This document shows, one piece after another, positions 56,541-64,000 of a stretch of 64,000 nucleotides of DNA (its first letter is position 1; the number at the start of each line of letters is the position of its first letter). The notes below the pieces were generated by a model. That model was not told the DNA's origin. It ran no database searches and was given only the letters and a program-made list of their open reading frames with translations. The translations under genes and the position numbers were made by a program. Source of the stretch: Rhodobiaceae bacterium (GTDB lineage: Bacteria > Pseudomonadota > Alphaproteobacteria > Rhizobiales > Tepidamorphaceae). The DNA lies in the NCBI GenBank assembly GCA_020441995.1, contig JAGRLC010000003.1, forward strand, positions 6,208 to 70,207, written 5' to 3'.

Positions 56541-57929
56541 TCACACGTTCAGCAGAAGATATTCCCGCTCCCAGCTCGAAATGACGCGGTTGTAGAGCTG
56601 CCATTCGAGCGTCTTCACTTCGATGAAGGCATCGATGAAGCGATGGCCGAAGATGTGCCGCAACGGCTCGCAGCCTGACAGTTCCTGTAATGCGTCCTGG
56701 ATATGGGCGGGCAGCGCGACACCGAGCGTGTGGGCGTCGATGGTTACCTCGGCTTCCGGCTCGCGGGCCTCCTCAAGCCCGATCAGGCCGCAGGCCAGCG
56801 TCGTTGCGATGCACAGATAGGGGTTGGCGTCGGCGCCGGCAACGCGGTTTTCGACGCGGCGGGCGGCGGCATTGGAATCCGGCACGCGCAATCCGCAGGT
56901 GCGGTTGTCCCGGCCCCAATGCACGTTGATCGGCGCGTCGGATTCCATGCGGATGCGCCGGAAGGCGTTCACGTTCGGGCAGACCAGCGCCATGGCCGAG
57001 GGGACGTAGTTCTGCAGGCCGGCGATGAAGTGGGCGAGGCGCGGCGAATCCGTTCCGTCCGCATGCGAGAAGATGTTGACACCTTTCTTGTCCAGAACCG
57101 ACTGGTGGACATGCATGGCCGATCCCGGTTCGCCCTGGTGCGGCTGCGCCATGAAGGTGGCGTACATGTTATGGGCGATCGCGGCCTTGCGTACCGCGCG
57201 CTTGAACAGAAAGACCTGATCGGCCAGTTCCAGCGGCTCGCCGTGCTTGAAGTTCATCTCGATCTGGGCCGGGCCCGCTTCGTGCGCCATGGTGCCGATG
57301 TTGATGCGCGAGGCCTCGCAATAGGCGTAGATGTCCTCGACGCATGGGTCGAATTCATTCGCGGCCTCGATGCCATAGGCCTGACGGCCCGATTCCTTGC
57401 GGCCCGAAATGCCGACGGGAACGGACAGTTGCACGTCCGGATCGGCGCTCTTTTCCACCAGGTAGAATTCAAGCTCGGGGGCCACGATCGGGCGCAGGCC
57501 CTTTTCCGCGTACATGGAGAGTATGTGCTTGAGGACCGAGCGCGGCGCATAGTCGACCATTGTGCCGTCGGACTGGACACAGTCGCAGATCACCTGCGCA
57601 GTGGGTTCCTCGTACCACGGGACGATCCTCACCGATGACACGTCGGGGACGGCCACGATGTCGCGGTCGGTTTCGGCGGCGACTTTCGTGTCGTTGACCG
57701 TGTCGCCGGAAACCGCCTGCAACAGGATGGTCTCCGGCAGCCGCAGGCCACCCGACCGCAAGGCGGAAATGAAGTCCTCGCGCGGGACGATCTTGCCGCG
57801 CATCATGCCGTTCATATCGGGAACAAGGCATTCGATCTCGTCGATAACCCGCTCGCGAAGCCAGACGACGATGTCATCGGTGGTGGTAAGAACCGGTGCG
57901 ACTTCCGCTTCGCTGCTATGATCGGACAT
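56541..57929 (-). CDS. Glutamine synthetase-like gamma-glutamylpolyamine ligase (PuuA-like)
   Basis: 'D.NG..RGK', 'ELEFYL', 'HE.G..Q.E.N', 'GSAMH.HQS', 'DNRT..LRVP', 'RRVENR' and 'WER.YLLLNV' motifs. Confidence 0.9.
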   Translation of the reverse strand: MSDHSSEAEVAPVLTTTDDIVVWLRERVIDEIECLVPDMNGMMRGKIVPREDFISALRSGGLRLPETILLQAVSGDTVNDTKVAAETDRDIVAVPDVSSVRIVPWYEEPTAQVICDCVQSDGTMVDYAPRSVLKHILSMYAEKGLRPIVAPELEFYLVEKSADPDVQLSVPVGISGRKESGRQAYGIEAANEFDPCVEDIYAYCEASRINIGTMAHEAGPAQIEMNFKHGEPLELADQVFLFKRAVRKAAIAHNMYATFMAQPHQGEPGSAMHVHQSVLDKKGVNIFSHADGTDSPRLAHFIAGLQNYVPSAMALVCPNVNAFRRIRMESDAPINVHWGRDNRTCGLRVPDSNAAARRVENRVAGADANPYLCIATTLACGLIGLEEAREPEAEVTIDAHTLGVALPAHIQDALQELSGCEPLRHIFGHRFIDAFIEVKTLEWQLYNRVISSWEREYLLLNV

Positions 57930-57962
57930 GATACCTCGGATCGTGGTTGGGCCGGGCGGGTC

Positions 57963-57976
57963 TTGAGCGGTGTCAA
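57963..57976. promoter_or_regulatory. FNR/FixK-like box upstream of the usp gene
   Basis: TTGA-GCGGTG-TCAA inside the extended dyad GTCTTGA-N6-TCAAGAC, centred about 78 nt before the usp ATG. Confidence 0.45.
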
Positions 57977-58047
57977 GACACTGTCGGATTAGAACGTCAC
58001 AATTGCGCGATAAAGCCGATTCCGGCAAGCCGCAGGGAGAGACGAAC

Positions 58048-58479
58048 ATGTTCAAGAAGATACTCGTGCCGGTCGATTTGTCCGATCCGGAGCATTACAC
58101 CGATGCCATCGAGACGGCGGCGTCCTTCGCGCGCCAGTTCGGCAGCACGGTGAGACTGGTGACTGTCCTGCCGGTTCTGCCGAGCGTCGTGGCCGATTAC
58201 ATACCCATGGATACCCAGAACAAGATGCTGGACGAGGCTTCCGCCAAGGTGAAGGTACTTGTCGACAAGCTTTCGCTTGGCGAGGGCAGCGGCGAAGTCG
58301 CGGTGCGCGAGGGCGCGGTCTATCACGAGGTTCTGGAAGAGGCGGAAGTCTGCAAGGCCGACCTGATCGTCATGGGATCGCACAGGCCGGCGATGGCGAC
58401 ATATCTGCTGGGTTCCAACGCGGCGCGGATCGTGCGCCATGCGCCGTGCTCCGTCATGGTGCTGCGCGGCGAAGACTGA
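58048..58479 (+). CDS. Universal stress protein (UspF/G-like)
   Basis: 'FKKILVPVDLS', 'DLIVMGSH' and 'LLGSNA..IVRHAPCSV.V.R' motifs. GGAG RBS. Confidence 0.93.
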   Translation: MFKKILVPVDLSDPEHYTDAIETAASFARQFGSTVRLVTVLPVLPSVVADYIPMDTQNKMLDEASAKVKVLVDKLSLGEGSGEVAVREGAVYHEVLEEAEVCKADLIVMGSHRPAMATYLLGSNAARIVRHAPCSVMVLRGED

Positions 58480-58500
58480 TTTTGCGCGTTCTCGAACGGC

Positions 58501-59673
58501 TCAGCCGCGTGCGAGAACGCGTGTCAGGCGTTGTTGTATCGCCGGCGGCATGGCCATGACGACCGCCTTGGCGAGAGGGCGGATGCGCGCCAGCCACAGA
58601 TTGCAGAGCCGGCCCGCGATCGTACGCGCTGCCGCGTAGTCATTGACCGCAACGCAGTTGTCCGTCCAACGCAGCTTGTAGGCATCGGCGGGAGCGAACA
58701 GATCGTAGGCGTTCATGCCTTCGCAGATGCACCAGCCGATGGTGTTTTCCATCTGGACCAGGCCGGCGCCAAGCGCCGCCATTTCCGGATTGTAGGCGCC
58801 GATATAGGCGTAATACCTGTCCAGGGAACAGAAGCCGATCTCGCTTGCCGCCGGTTCTCCATCAATGGTCAGTTCCGAAACGACAAGATTCTGCCCGCGG
58901 CGCTCATCGGCTGCGAGCCTGTTCAGGAACGTGACGGAACGCGGGTCCGCGAAGGCCCGGCTGGTTGTTCCACGCTGCCTCAGCCATTCCTGCTTGTGTG
59001 CGATTGTCCGCTCCGTGATAGCGGCCGCGTGCGGGCCGGCACGAGCGATGCAGAAATCGGTTGAACCTTCGGCATCGAGCTTTTTCCGCTTGCGGCGAAG
59101 CTCTTTGCGCAGGTTTGAACTCAGCCGCTTGTGAACGTCGGCAATGCCCATATCGGCGGACAGGTCGATCCATGGGGCCTGCCTTTGCGGACCGGCCTGG
59201 GACATCAGCTTGTCGAGCGCGGGCGCGATGGCTGTATCAGCGCGGACCTTGCGCAGGAAGAACACGTCCACATCCGGACACGCTTTCAGGCGCTTGACGG
59301 CGAATTCCAGCCACTCGGGATTCGCATAACCGCGCCGGACAAGGGCATCGCCATATTCCGTCAGCGGTTCGCCCATCCATTCGCAAACATTCAAAGGCCC
59401 GACGCGGGTGACCATCAGCGGCAAAACCGCCACGAGTCTGCCGTTGTCGCGCACAGTGACGGCGAACGGCCGGGCGGCATCCTTTCCGGTGGTGAAAACC
59501 GCACGCCAGTGCCACAGGAAGTCAAAGCCGGTGAACGGCAGCGGGTTTGCCGCGTTTTCCTCAAGATCGCGCCACTCCGCCTCCAATTCGTCGATTGCGG
59601 TTCCCCACACGAATCCGACGGCCGGCCGCACGCTGTTTTCAGCCTGCGAGTGGGATTTTGTGCCATCCGCCAT
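58501..59673 (-). CDS. CelD/BcsL-like GNAT acetyltransferase
   Basis: 'W..L.....PF', 'LPL', 'EY.D.L', 'LRRK.KKL', 'G.G', 'YD....YK..W' pattern. Start is uncertain (59673, 59703 or 59724). Confidence 0.85.
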   Translation of the reverse strand: MADGTKSHSQAENSVRPAVGFVWGTAIDELEAEWRDLEENAANPLPFTGFDFLWHWRAVFTTGKDAARPFAVTVRDNGRLVAVLPLMVTRVGPLNVCEWMGEPLTEYGDALVRRGYANPEWLEFAVKRLKACPDVDVFFLRKVRADTAIAPALDKLMSQAGPQRQAPWIDLSADMGIADVHKRLSSNLRKELRRKRKKLDAEGSTDFCIARAGPHAAAITERTIAHKQEWLRQRGTTSRAFADPRSVTFLNRLAADERRGQNLVVSELTIDGEPAASEIGFCSLDRYYAYIGAYNPEMAALGAGLVQMENTIGWCICEGMNAYDLFAPADAYKLRWTDNCVAVNDYAAARTIAGRLCNLWLARIRPLAKAVVMAMPPAIQQRLTRVLARG

Positions 59674-59815
59674 GAACGGATTTAGTGCCGTAACGCGCGC
59701 CATGTTCAGCCCTGTCAGTACCACCGGTTGGGTCCGATTTGCCGCGATCTTACGTATATGGGTGGAATCTGAGGTAAACGCCTGCTGGAAACGGGTTCGC
59801 GTCGTTTATGACGGG

Positions 59816-60841
59816 TTAACGCGAACGCCGGGTTTTGCGCGGCTGGATGGGGGTGTCAGGTTGCGCGCTGGCATAAACCTCCAGCGTGTAAGGGCTGAAA
59901 GTCTCGATCTTGCGGCGATGCATGCCGAGCGGAATGACCTGCCTGAAATAGGGACTTTCGCGCAGCGGCAATGTAAATGTTGCATCGAGATAGATCACCG
60001 CTGCCTTGTGACCATTCTCGACGTGATGGTTCAACCGGCTCACGAGGTTGAACATTGTCTTCTCGTCAAACGGATCGAAGAGATAGACGACCAGGTTGCT
60101 TTGCGGCAGCTTCCATGTCGCGGCATTGCCGTAGACGATATCGACGTCGCGGCAGGCCATGATCGACCTTGGCCAATGGCGCAGGTTGAGCATGGCGTTC
60201 TCGTAGTGGCCAAAGTCGCGCTCAATGCCGATGATCTTGTCGAACGGGCGGCGCGACGCTTCCAGTACGACTCTGCCGCGGCCGCAGCCCATGTCGACGA
60301 ATGTGTAACCCTTTGGCTCGTCGGGCAGCAGATCCAGCGCCCAATTGACGACCTTGCGCGGGCTGACGCGTTCTGTCGCGGCTAGGCCGTGGCCGGAACC
60401 CGAATGCGATGCGGTGGAGACTCTTTCGGGATTCCGGCCCAGGCGGTCGAGCAGGATTTCATGCAGCCGGCGCATCCGCCAGCGCCAGCCGTGGTCCATT
60501 TCCAGTGCCGCCGGTTTTATGCCCGGCGGTTGCTCCGCGGCCCTTGTCCTGCTTTTTTCTTTTACGTCCGGACCGGATTTTTGCGGCGTGGCTTTTGTTT
60601 CGGCGGATTTTGAAGCTTCCGGTTTGGCGGCCTTTTTCTCGGCGCGGCGGGCAGCGGCCTCCTTCTTTTGGCGCTGCTCGACCAGTGCCTTCAGCCGCGC
60701 GCGGTCGTCCTCACGCAGTCCGCCGTCATCCACCGGCGCTTCCGCCTTGGCCAGGGCAGGCTTTTTTGAAGGCTTCGGTGCCGGTTTCTTCGCGGGCTTC
60801 TTGGCCGCTGTCTTCTTGCCGGGTGTGGCCACTTCGGCCAT
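59816..60841 (-). CDS. Class I SAM-dependent methyltransferase (DOT1-like) with Lys/Ala/Pro-rich N-terminus
   Basis: 'FVDMGCGRGRV', 'GIE' and 'YLFDPF' motifs. N-terminal KKTAAKKPAKKPAPKPSKKP. AGGAGG RBS. Confidence 0.82.
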   Translation of the reverse strand: MAEVATPGKKTAAKKPAKKPAPKPSKKPALAKAEAPVDDGGLREDDRARLKALVEQRQKKEAAARRAEKKAAKPEASKSAETKATPQKSGPDVKEKSRTRAAEQPPGIKPAALEMDHGWRWRMRRLHEILLDRLGRNPERVSTASHSGSGHGLAATERVSPRKVVNWALDLLPDEPKGYTFVDMGCGRGRVVLEASRRPFDKIIGIERDFGHYENAMLNLRHWPRSIMACRDVDIVYGNAATWKLPQSNLVVYLFDPFDEKTMFNLVSRLNHHVENGHKAAVIYLDATFTLPLRESPYFRQVIPLGMHRRKIETFSPYTLEVYASAQPDTPIQPRKTRRSR

Positions 60842-61007
60842 GTCGTCCTCCTGATCGCATATCGGGCAAGCCTGTCGGCTTCGCTGCCGCACCGGGAAGC
60901 GGCTTATATGCGGGCCAGTCGCAGTGATTTCAATGTCTTACAGTGACGGGCGATTTAGTGCAAAAAGCCAGTAAATACAATAAATATCTGTAGTATTATT
61001 TATTTTA

Positions 61008-61021
61008 CATTCATTCATTGA
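61008..61021. promoter_or_regulatory. Putative operator upstream of YeeE/YedE gene 2
   Basis: CATTCATTCATTGA matches CATTCACGCATTCA upstream of YeeE gene 1, at a similar distance from the ATG. Confidence 0.3.
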
Positions 61022-61070
61022 CTTTTTTGCATGTGAAGAACATTTATGCGGGCAATCCTGGAGGCATATC

Positions 61071-62153
61071 ATGTCCGACATTGAACCGTATATCCTTGTC
61101 TCCCTGCTGGCCGCGGGACTCGGTATCGTATTCGGCATCACCATGGAATGGTCGCGTTTCTGCCTGCTCAGCGGCGTGCGCGAACAGGTTACGACCGGCG
61201 CCTCATTCAAGCTCGGCATGTACCTGCTGGCGCTCGCGGTTGCCGCGGCAGGCGCGCAAGGTCTGCAATTGGCCGGTCTCGTCGATCTCGATCAGTCGAT
61301 CTACCGGAGCGGCTCGCTGTCGGTCGGCGGGCTTGTTGTTGGCGGTCTGATCTTCGGGTTCGGCGCGGCGCTGACGCGCGGCTGTGTCAGCCGCCTGACG
61401 GTGCTTTCCGCGACGGGCAACCTGCGTGCGCTGGTGGTTCTGCTGGCTGTCGGGATTTCGGCTTACGCGACCCTACGCGGCATCCTGTATTTCCCGCGCG
61501 ATGTCCTGCAGTCGGCGACAAGCATGACACCGCCTGTTGCGACGTTCGATGGCGCGCTGGCGGCGCTTGGCCTGGGCGAGACGGCGGCCCGGATGATTCC
61601 GGTGCTGATCGTTGCGCTGGTGGCGTTTGTATACGCGCTGCGTACGGTTCGAAGCCCGGTGCACTGGTTCGCCGCCATCGTCATCGGCCTGGTGATCACC
61701 GGCGGCTGGTATGTGACGGGCTATATCGGCGCGGACGAGTTCGATCCGCAGCCGGTCGAGAGCCTGACCTTCACCGCACCCATCGGCGACAGCCTTCTCT
61801 ACCTGATGACTTATACCGGATCGGCCATCAAGTTCGGCATCGCGCTCATTGCCGGTACACTCACCGGTTCGTTCATTTCGGCACTGTTCGGCAAGCGTCT
61901 GGCCCTGCAGGGTTTCGAGGCGCCGCGCCAGCTTGCCCGCTATCTCACCGGCGGCGCGATGATGGGGTTCGGCGGTGTGGCCGCGCTCGGCTGCAGCATC
62001 GGCCAGGGGCTCACCGGCGTATCAACGCTGTCGATCGCCTCGCTGGTTGCGCTGGCTTCGATTGTTTCGGGCATGGCGCTTGGCATACGGCTTGTCGATG
62101 CGCGCGGCGGCGTCAACGAGATGGGCGGCGAGGCGTTTCCCGTCAGCATCTGA
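61071..62153 (+). CDS. YeeE/YedE family sulfur-compound transporter (paralog 2)
   Basis: 'RFCL', 'GG.IFGFG..L.RGC.S' and 'MGFGG..ALGCSIGQG' motifs. Confidence 0.9.
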   Translation: MSDIEPYILVSLLAAGLGIVFGITMEWSRFCLLSGVREQVTTGASFKLGMYLLALAVAAAGAQGLQLAGLVDLDQSIYRSGSLSVGGLVVGGLIFGFGAALTRGCVSRLTVLSATGNLRALVVLLAVGISAYATLRGILYFPRDVLQSATSMTPPVATFDGALAALGLGETAARMIPVLIVALVAFVYALRTVRSPVHWFAAIVIGLVITGGWYVTGYIGADEFDPQPVESLTFTAPIGDSLLYLMTYTGSAIKFGIALIAGTLTGSFISALFGKRLALQGFEAPRQLARYLTGGAMMGFGGVAALGCSIGQGLTGVSTLSIASLVALASIVSGMALGIRLVDARGGVNEMGGEAFPVSI

Positions 62154-62188
62154 TCCCGGGCCGGGGTCTGCGGCAAGGTCAAGGAAAA

Positions 62189-62216
62189 GCCCGTCCTGCT
62201 TTGCCGCAGGGCGGGC
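62189..62216. terminator. Stem-loop between convergent genes
   Basis: GCCCGTCCTGC-TTTGCC-GCAGGGCGGGC, preceded by AAAA (a U-tract on the minus strand). Confidence 0.6.
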
Positions 62217-62240
62217 CTTCATTTGTCAGGGAAGCTTTGT

Positions 62241-64000
62241 TTAATCGACCGCGGGAACTGAACCGATCCAGCGTACGACATTGGGCATGTCGGGAGCTGT
62301 CATGCGAGCGCGCTCAAGTGGTGTGCCCGCGCCGGTGCGGATACGCAGGCCGGCAAGGACGGTCGTATCGGTCAGGGTCTCATGGTTCCCGGACGTGCTG
62401 CGCTCATCGACATAGGCTCCCTGATATGAGAGGAAGGCAGAGAGGTTGGCGCCGCCGATCCGGCGATCCAACTGGTGCTCGACCTCCAGGCCCCATGAGG
62501 TGATCGCTACCGGGGACAGGCCTTCGAAATCATCGGGGTCCTGATCGCCGCTGACATAGGCGAAATCGCCCTGAAGCTTCGTGCGGCCATCGTTGAAGAA
62601 GGCCTGCGCGATGACGCGGCCGAACAAGGCGTTGCTGATCACCTCGTCATCGCCGGCGCTGCTGTCCACATGCCCGACCTGCACTGCGAATGCGTGCCGC
62701 TTACCCATGACGCGGCCTTGCACACCGGCAAACCAGTGATCGGCGTCCTGGCTGGGGGGACTGTCCGTTGCGATGTTGGTCTTGCCGGCGCCTGCGAAAG
62801 TGCTCAGCAGCAGCGGGCCGCGCGTCCACGCAAGCTGGCCGCCGGCGCTGAAGCCTTCATTGAACGTATCATCAACAGCTATGCCGTTGGTCGTATCGGA
62901 GCCCAGCCGCGCCTCACCGGCGATCTCGGCTTGAGCGATCCATGCGTCACGCAGCCTGAAGGCGGCGAGCCCGCTGAGGCCTGCCAGCGGGAAATCTTCC
63001 AGCTCGTTAGGTGTGCCGCCACTCGAATTCAGCGCGCCCCCGTTGCGCCAAAGCCCAGCGCCCCACAGGCCAAGCTCGAGGACCGGGGCCGTTGTGTCTG
63101 ATTGAGCAACCTTTGGCCGATCTTCGCCAAAGGGATCATCACCGAGCGGCATCGACAGGTTGATGAAGGGGCTGATTTCGAAACGGTTGGCGTTCGTCTT
63201 GCCACCGGCGGGCGCATACAAGGCCTTCATGTCGTATACGCCAAACCAGGCATTGGCGTCGACGCCGACACTCAACGTCATTGGTGAATTTGCCATGGCG
63301 AATTTTAGCGCCGCCCGTGCATCTAACCCCGGGACGAGCCGCCATGATGTGCGGCTGAAACCGCTTCCGAAATCATCGGGAAACCCTATGAAAATTTCAG
63401 TGTTCGTTACGGCGCTGGTGTAGCGCTTGCCGAAGAGCAGGGAGGCGCCTGCCCCAAGGTCGAGCCATGCATTGTCGTGCAACGGGATCGATGTCTCCAG
63501 ACCGATGTGCGGCCCTAGACCGATGAATTCCGATTTGCGATCGTCGTGTGCCGCGACGTAGGGGAATGCCAGTCCTAGATCGAAATCCGCTTCGGTCTCT
63601 GCGCCGAAATAGGCAAACCGCGCGCCGAGCTTCAGCGTCGTCTCGGCGCCGTGGTCCTGCAGGAGGCTCACGGGTCGCCGGGCTTCAAGATCAATGACGG
63701 CCTGATGTTCACGATGTTCAACCTGGCCAAATGCAAATGGCGATTGGTCTATTCCGATGACCTGAATCAGGATATCGGGACCGATTGCCTCGTTCGCTTC
63801 ATTGGAAAGACCAAGGCGAGCAAAGAGACCGACATCCCAGCCGTTAAATCCGTTGAACAGTTCCCCTGCCGGGGCAACGATCCCGATCGTGCCGCCGAAT
63901 AATGACGAAGCGCCGATGTTCCGGAAATCATCGGGATCGACTTCGACCCACGGCTGCTCGTCGCCGGTGAGCCAGCCGCCGCGCGCTTCGAAGATCAGCC
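62241..64000 (-). CDS. Large outer-membrane beta-barrel-like protein, 5' truncated (more than 586 aa, probably multi-domain)
   Basis: The frame stays open from 63998 (LIFEARGGWL...) through the listed 476-aa ORF. Many alternating strands (e.g. 'F.G.GP..G.E..IP', 'L.VG....AWFGV', 'WG.EVEH'). Confidence 0.7.
   Translation of the reverse strand, partial: LIFEARGGWLTGDEQPWVEVDPDDFRNIGASSLFGGTIGIVAPAGELFNGFNGWDVGLFARLGLSNEANEAIGPDILIQVIGIDQSPFAFGQVEHREHQAVIDLEARRPVSLLQDHGAETTLKLGARFAYFGAETEADFDLGLAFPYVAAHDDRKSEFIGLGPHIGLETSIPLHDNAWLDLGAGASLLFGKRYTSAVTNTEIFIGFPDDFGSGFSRTSWRLVPGLDARAALKFAMANSPMTLSVGVDANAWFGVYDMKALYAPAGGKTNANRFEISPFINLSMPLGDDPFGEDRPKVAQSDTTAPVLELGLWGAGLWRNGGALNSSGGTPNELEDFPLAGLSGLAAFRLRDAWIAQAEIAGEARLGSDTTNGIAVDDTFNEGFSAGGQLAWTRGPLLLSTFAGAGKTNIATDSPPSQDADHWFAGVQGRVMGKRHAFAVQVGHVDSSAGDDEVISNALFGRVIAQAFFNDGRTKLQGDFAYVSGDQDPDDFEGLSPVAITSWGLEVEHQLDRRIGGANLSAFLSYQGAYVDERSTSGNHETLTDTTVLAGLRIRTGAGTPLERARMTAPDMPNVVRWIGSVPAVD

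Noticed and set aside
63651-63902. 83-aa plus-strand ORF, or an apparent start of the OMP at 63671
   Set aside because: The minus-strand OMP frame stays open to the window edge, so 63671 is internal and the plus-strand ORF is a shadow.

Overview
GC-rich chromosomal segment from an alphaproteobacterium, most likely Hyphomicrobiales/Rhizobiales. This rests on a growth-pole-ring/RgsE-like gene, a CtrA box, an alpha-type CheZ-like gene and a rhizobial-type palindromic repeat. It is densely coding (about 62 CDS) and mostly housekeeping or transport: TRAP dctPQM, zur-znuBC/znuA with tandem Zur boxes, two distant YeeE/YedE paralogs, LPS-type glycosyltransferases, a GS-like/ALDH/Fe-ADH amine gamma-glutamylation cluster, a TPP riboswitch with thiMED, fadL, plcP plus a glycosyltransferase behind a Pho box, dgcN-dgcA, an Mla/MCE ABC operon, gpr/rgsE, Hpt and ferredoxin, and a large truncated beta-barrel OMP. 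I saw no rRNA, tRNA, CRISPR array, IS element or prophage. The best candidates for something undescribed are: (1) a tightly packed 7-gene DUF2157-GDYXXLXY-secreted 4-Cys protein-ExbB-ExbD(Asp)-ExbD(Asn)-TonB operon with no receptor and an atypical Cys-containing TonB; (2) an orphan TRAP solute-binding protein at the end of the TPP-riboswitch thiamine salvage operon; (3) a PruR-like pterin-binding protein at the end of the Zur operon; (4) a shared upstream motif in front of both YeeE genes; (5) an exact 14 x 29-aa repeat block in the pole-ring protein. All family calls come from motif recognition by eye, not database searches.
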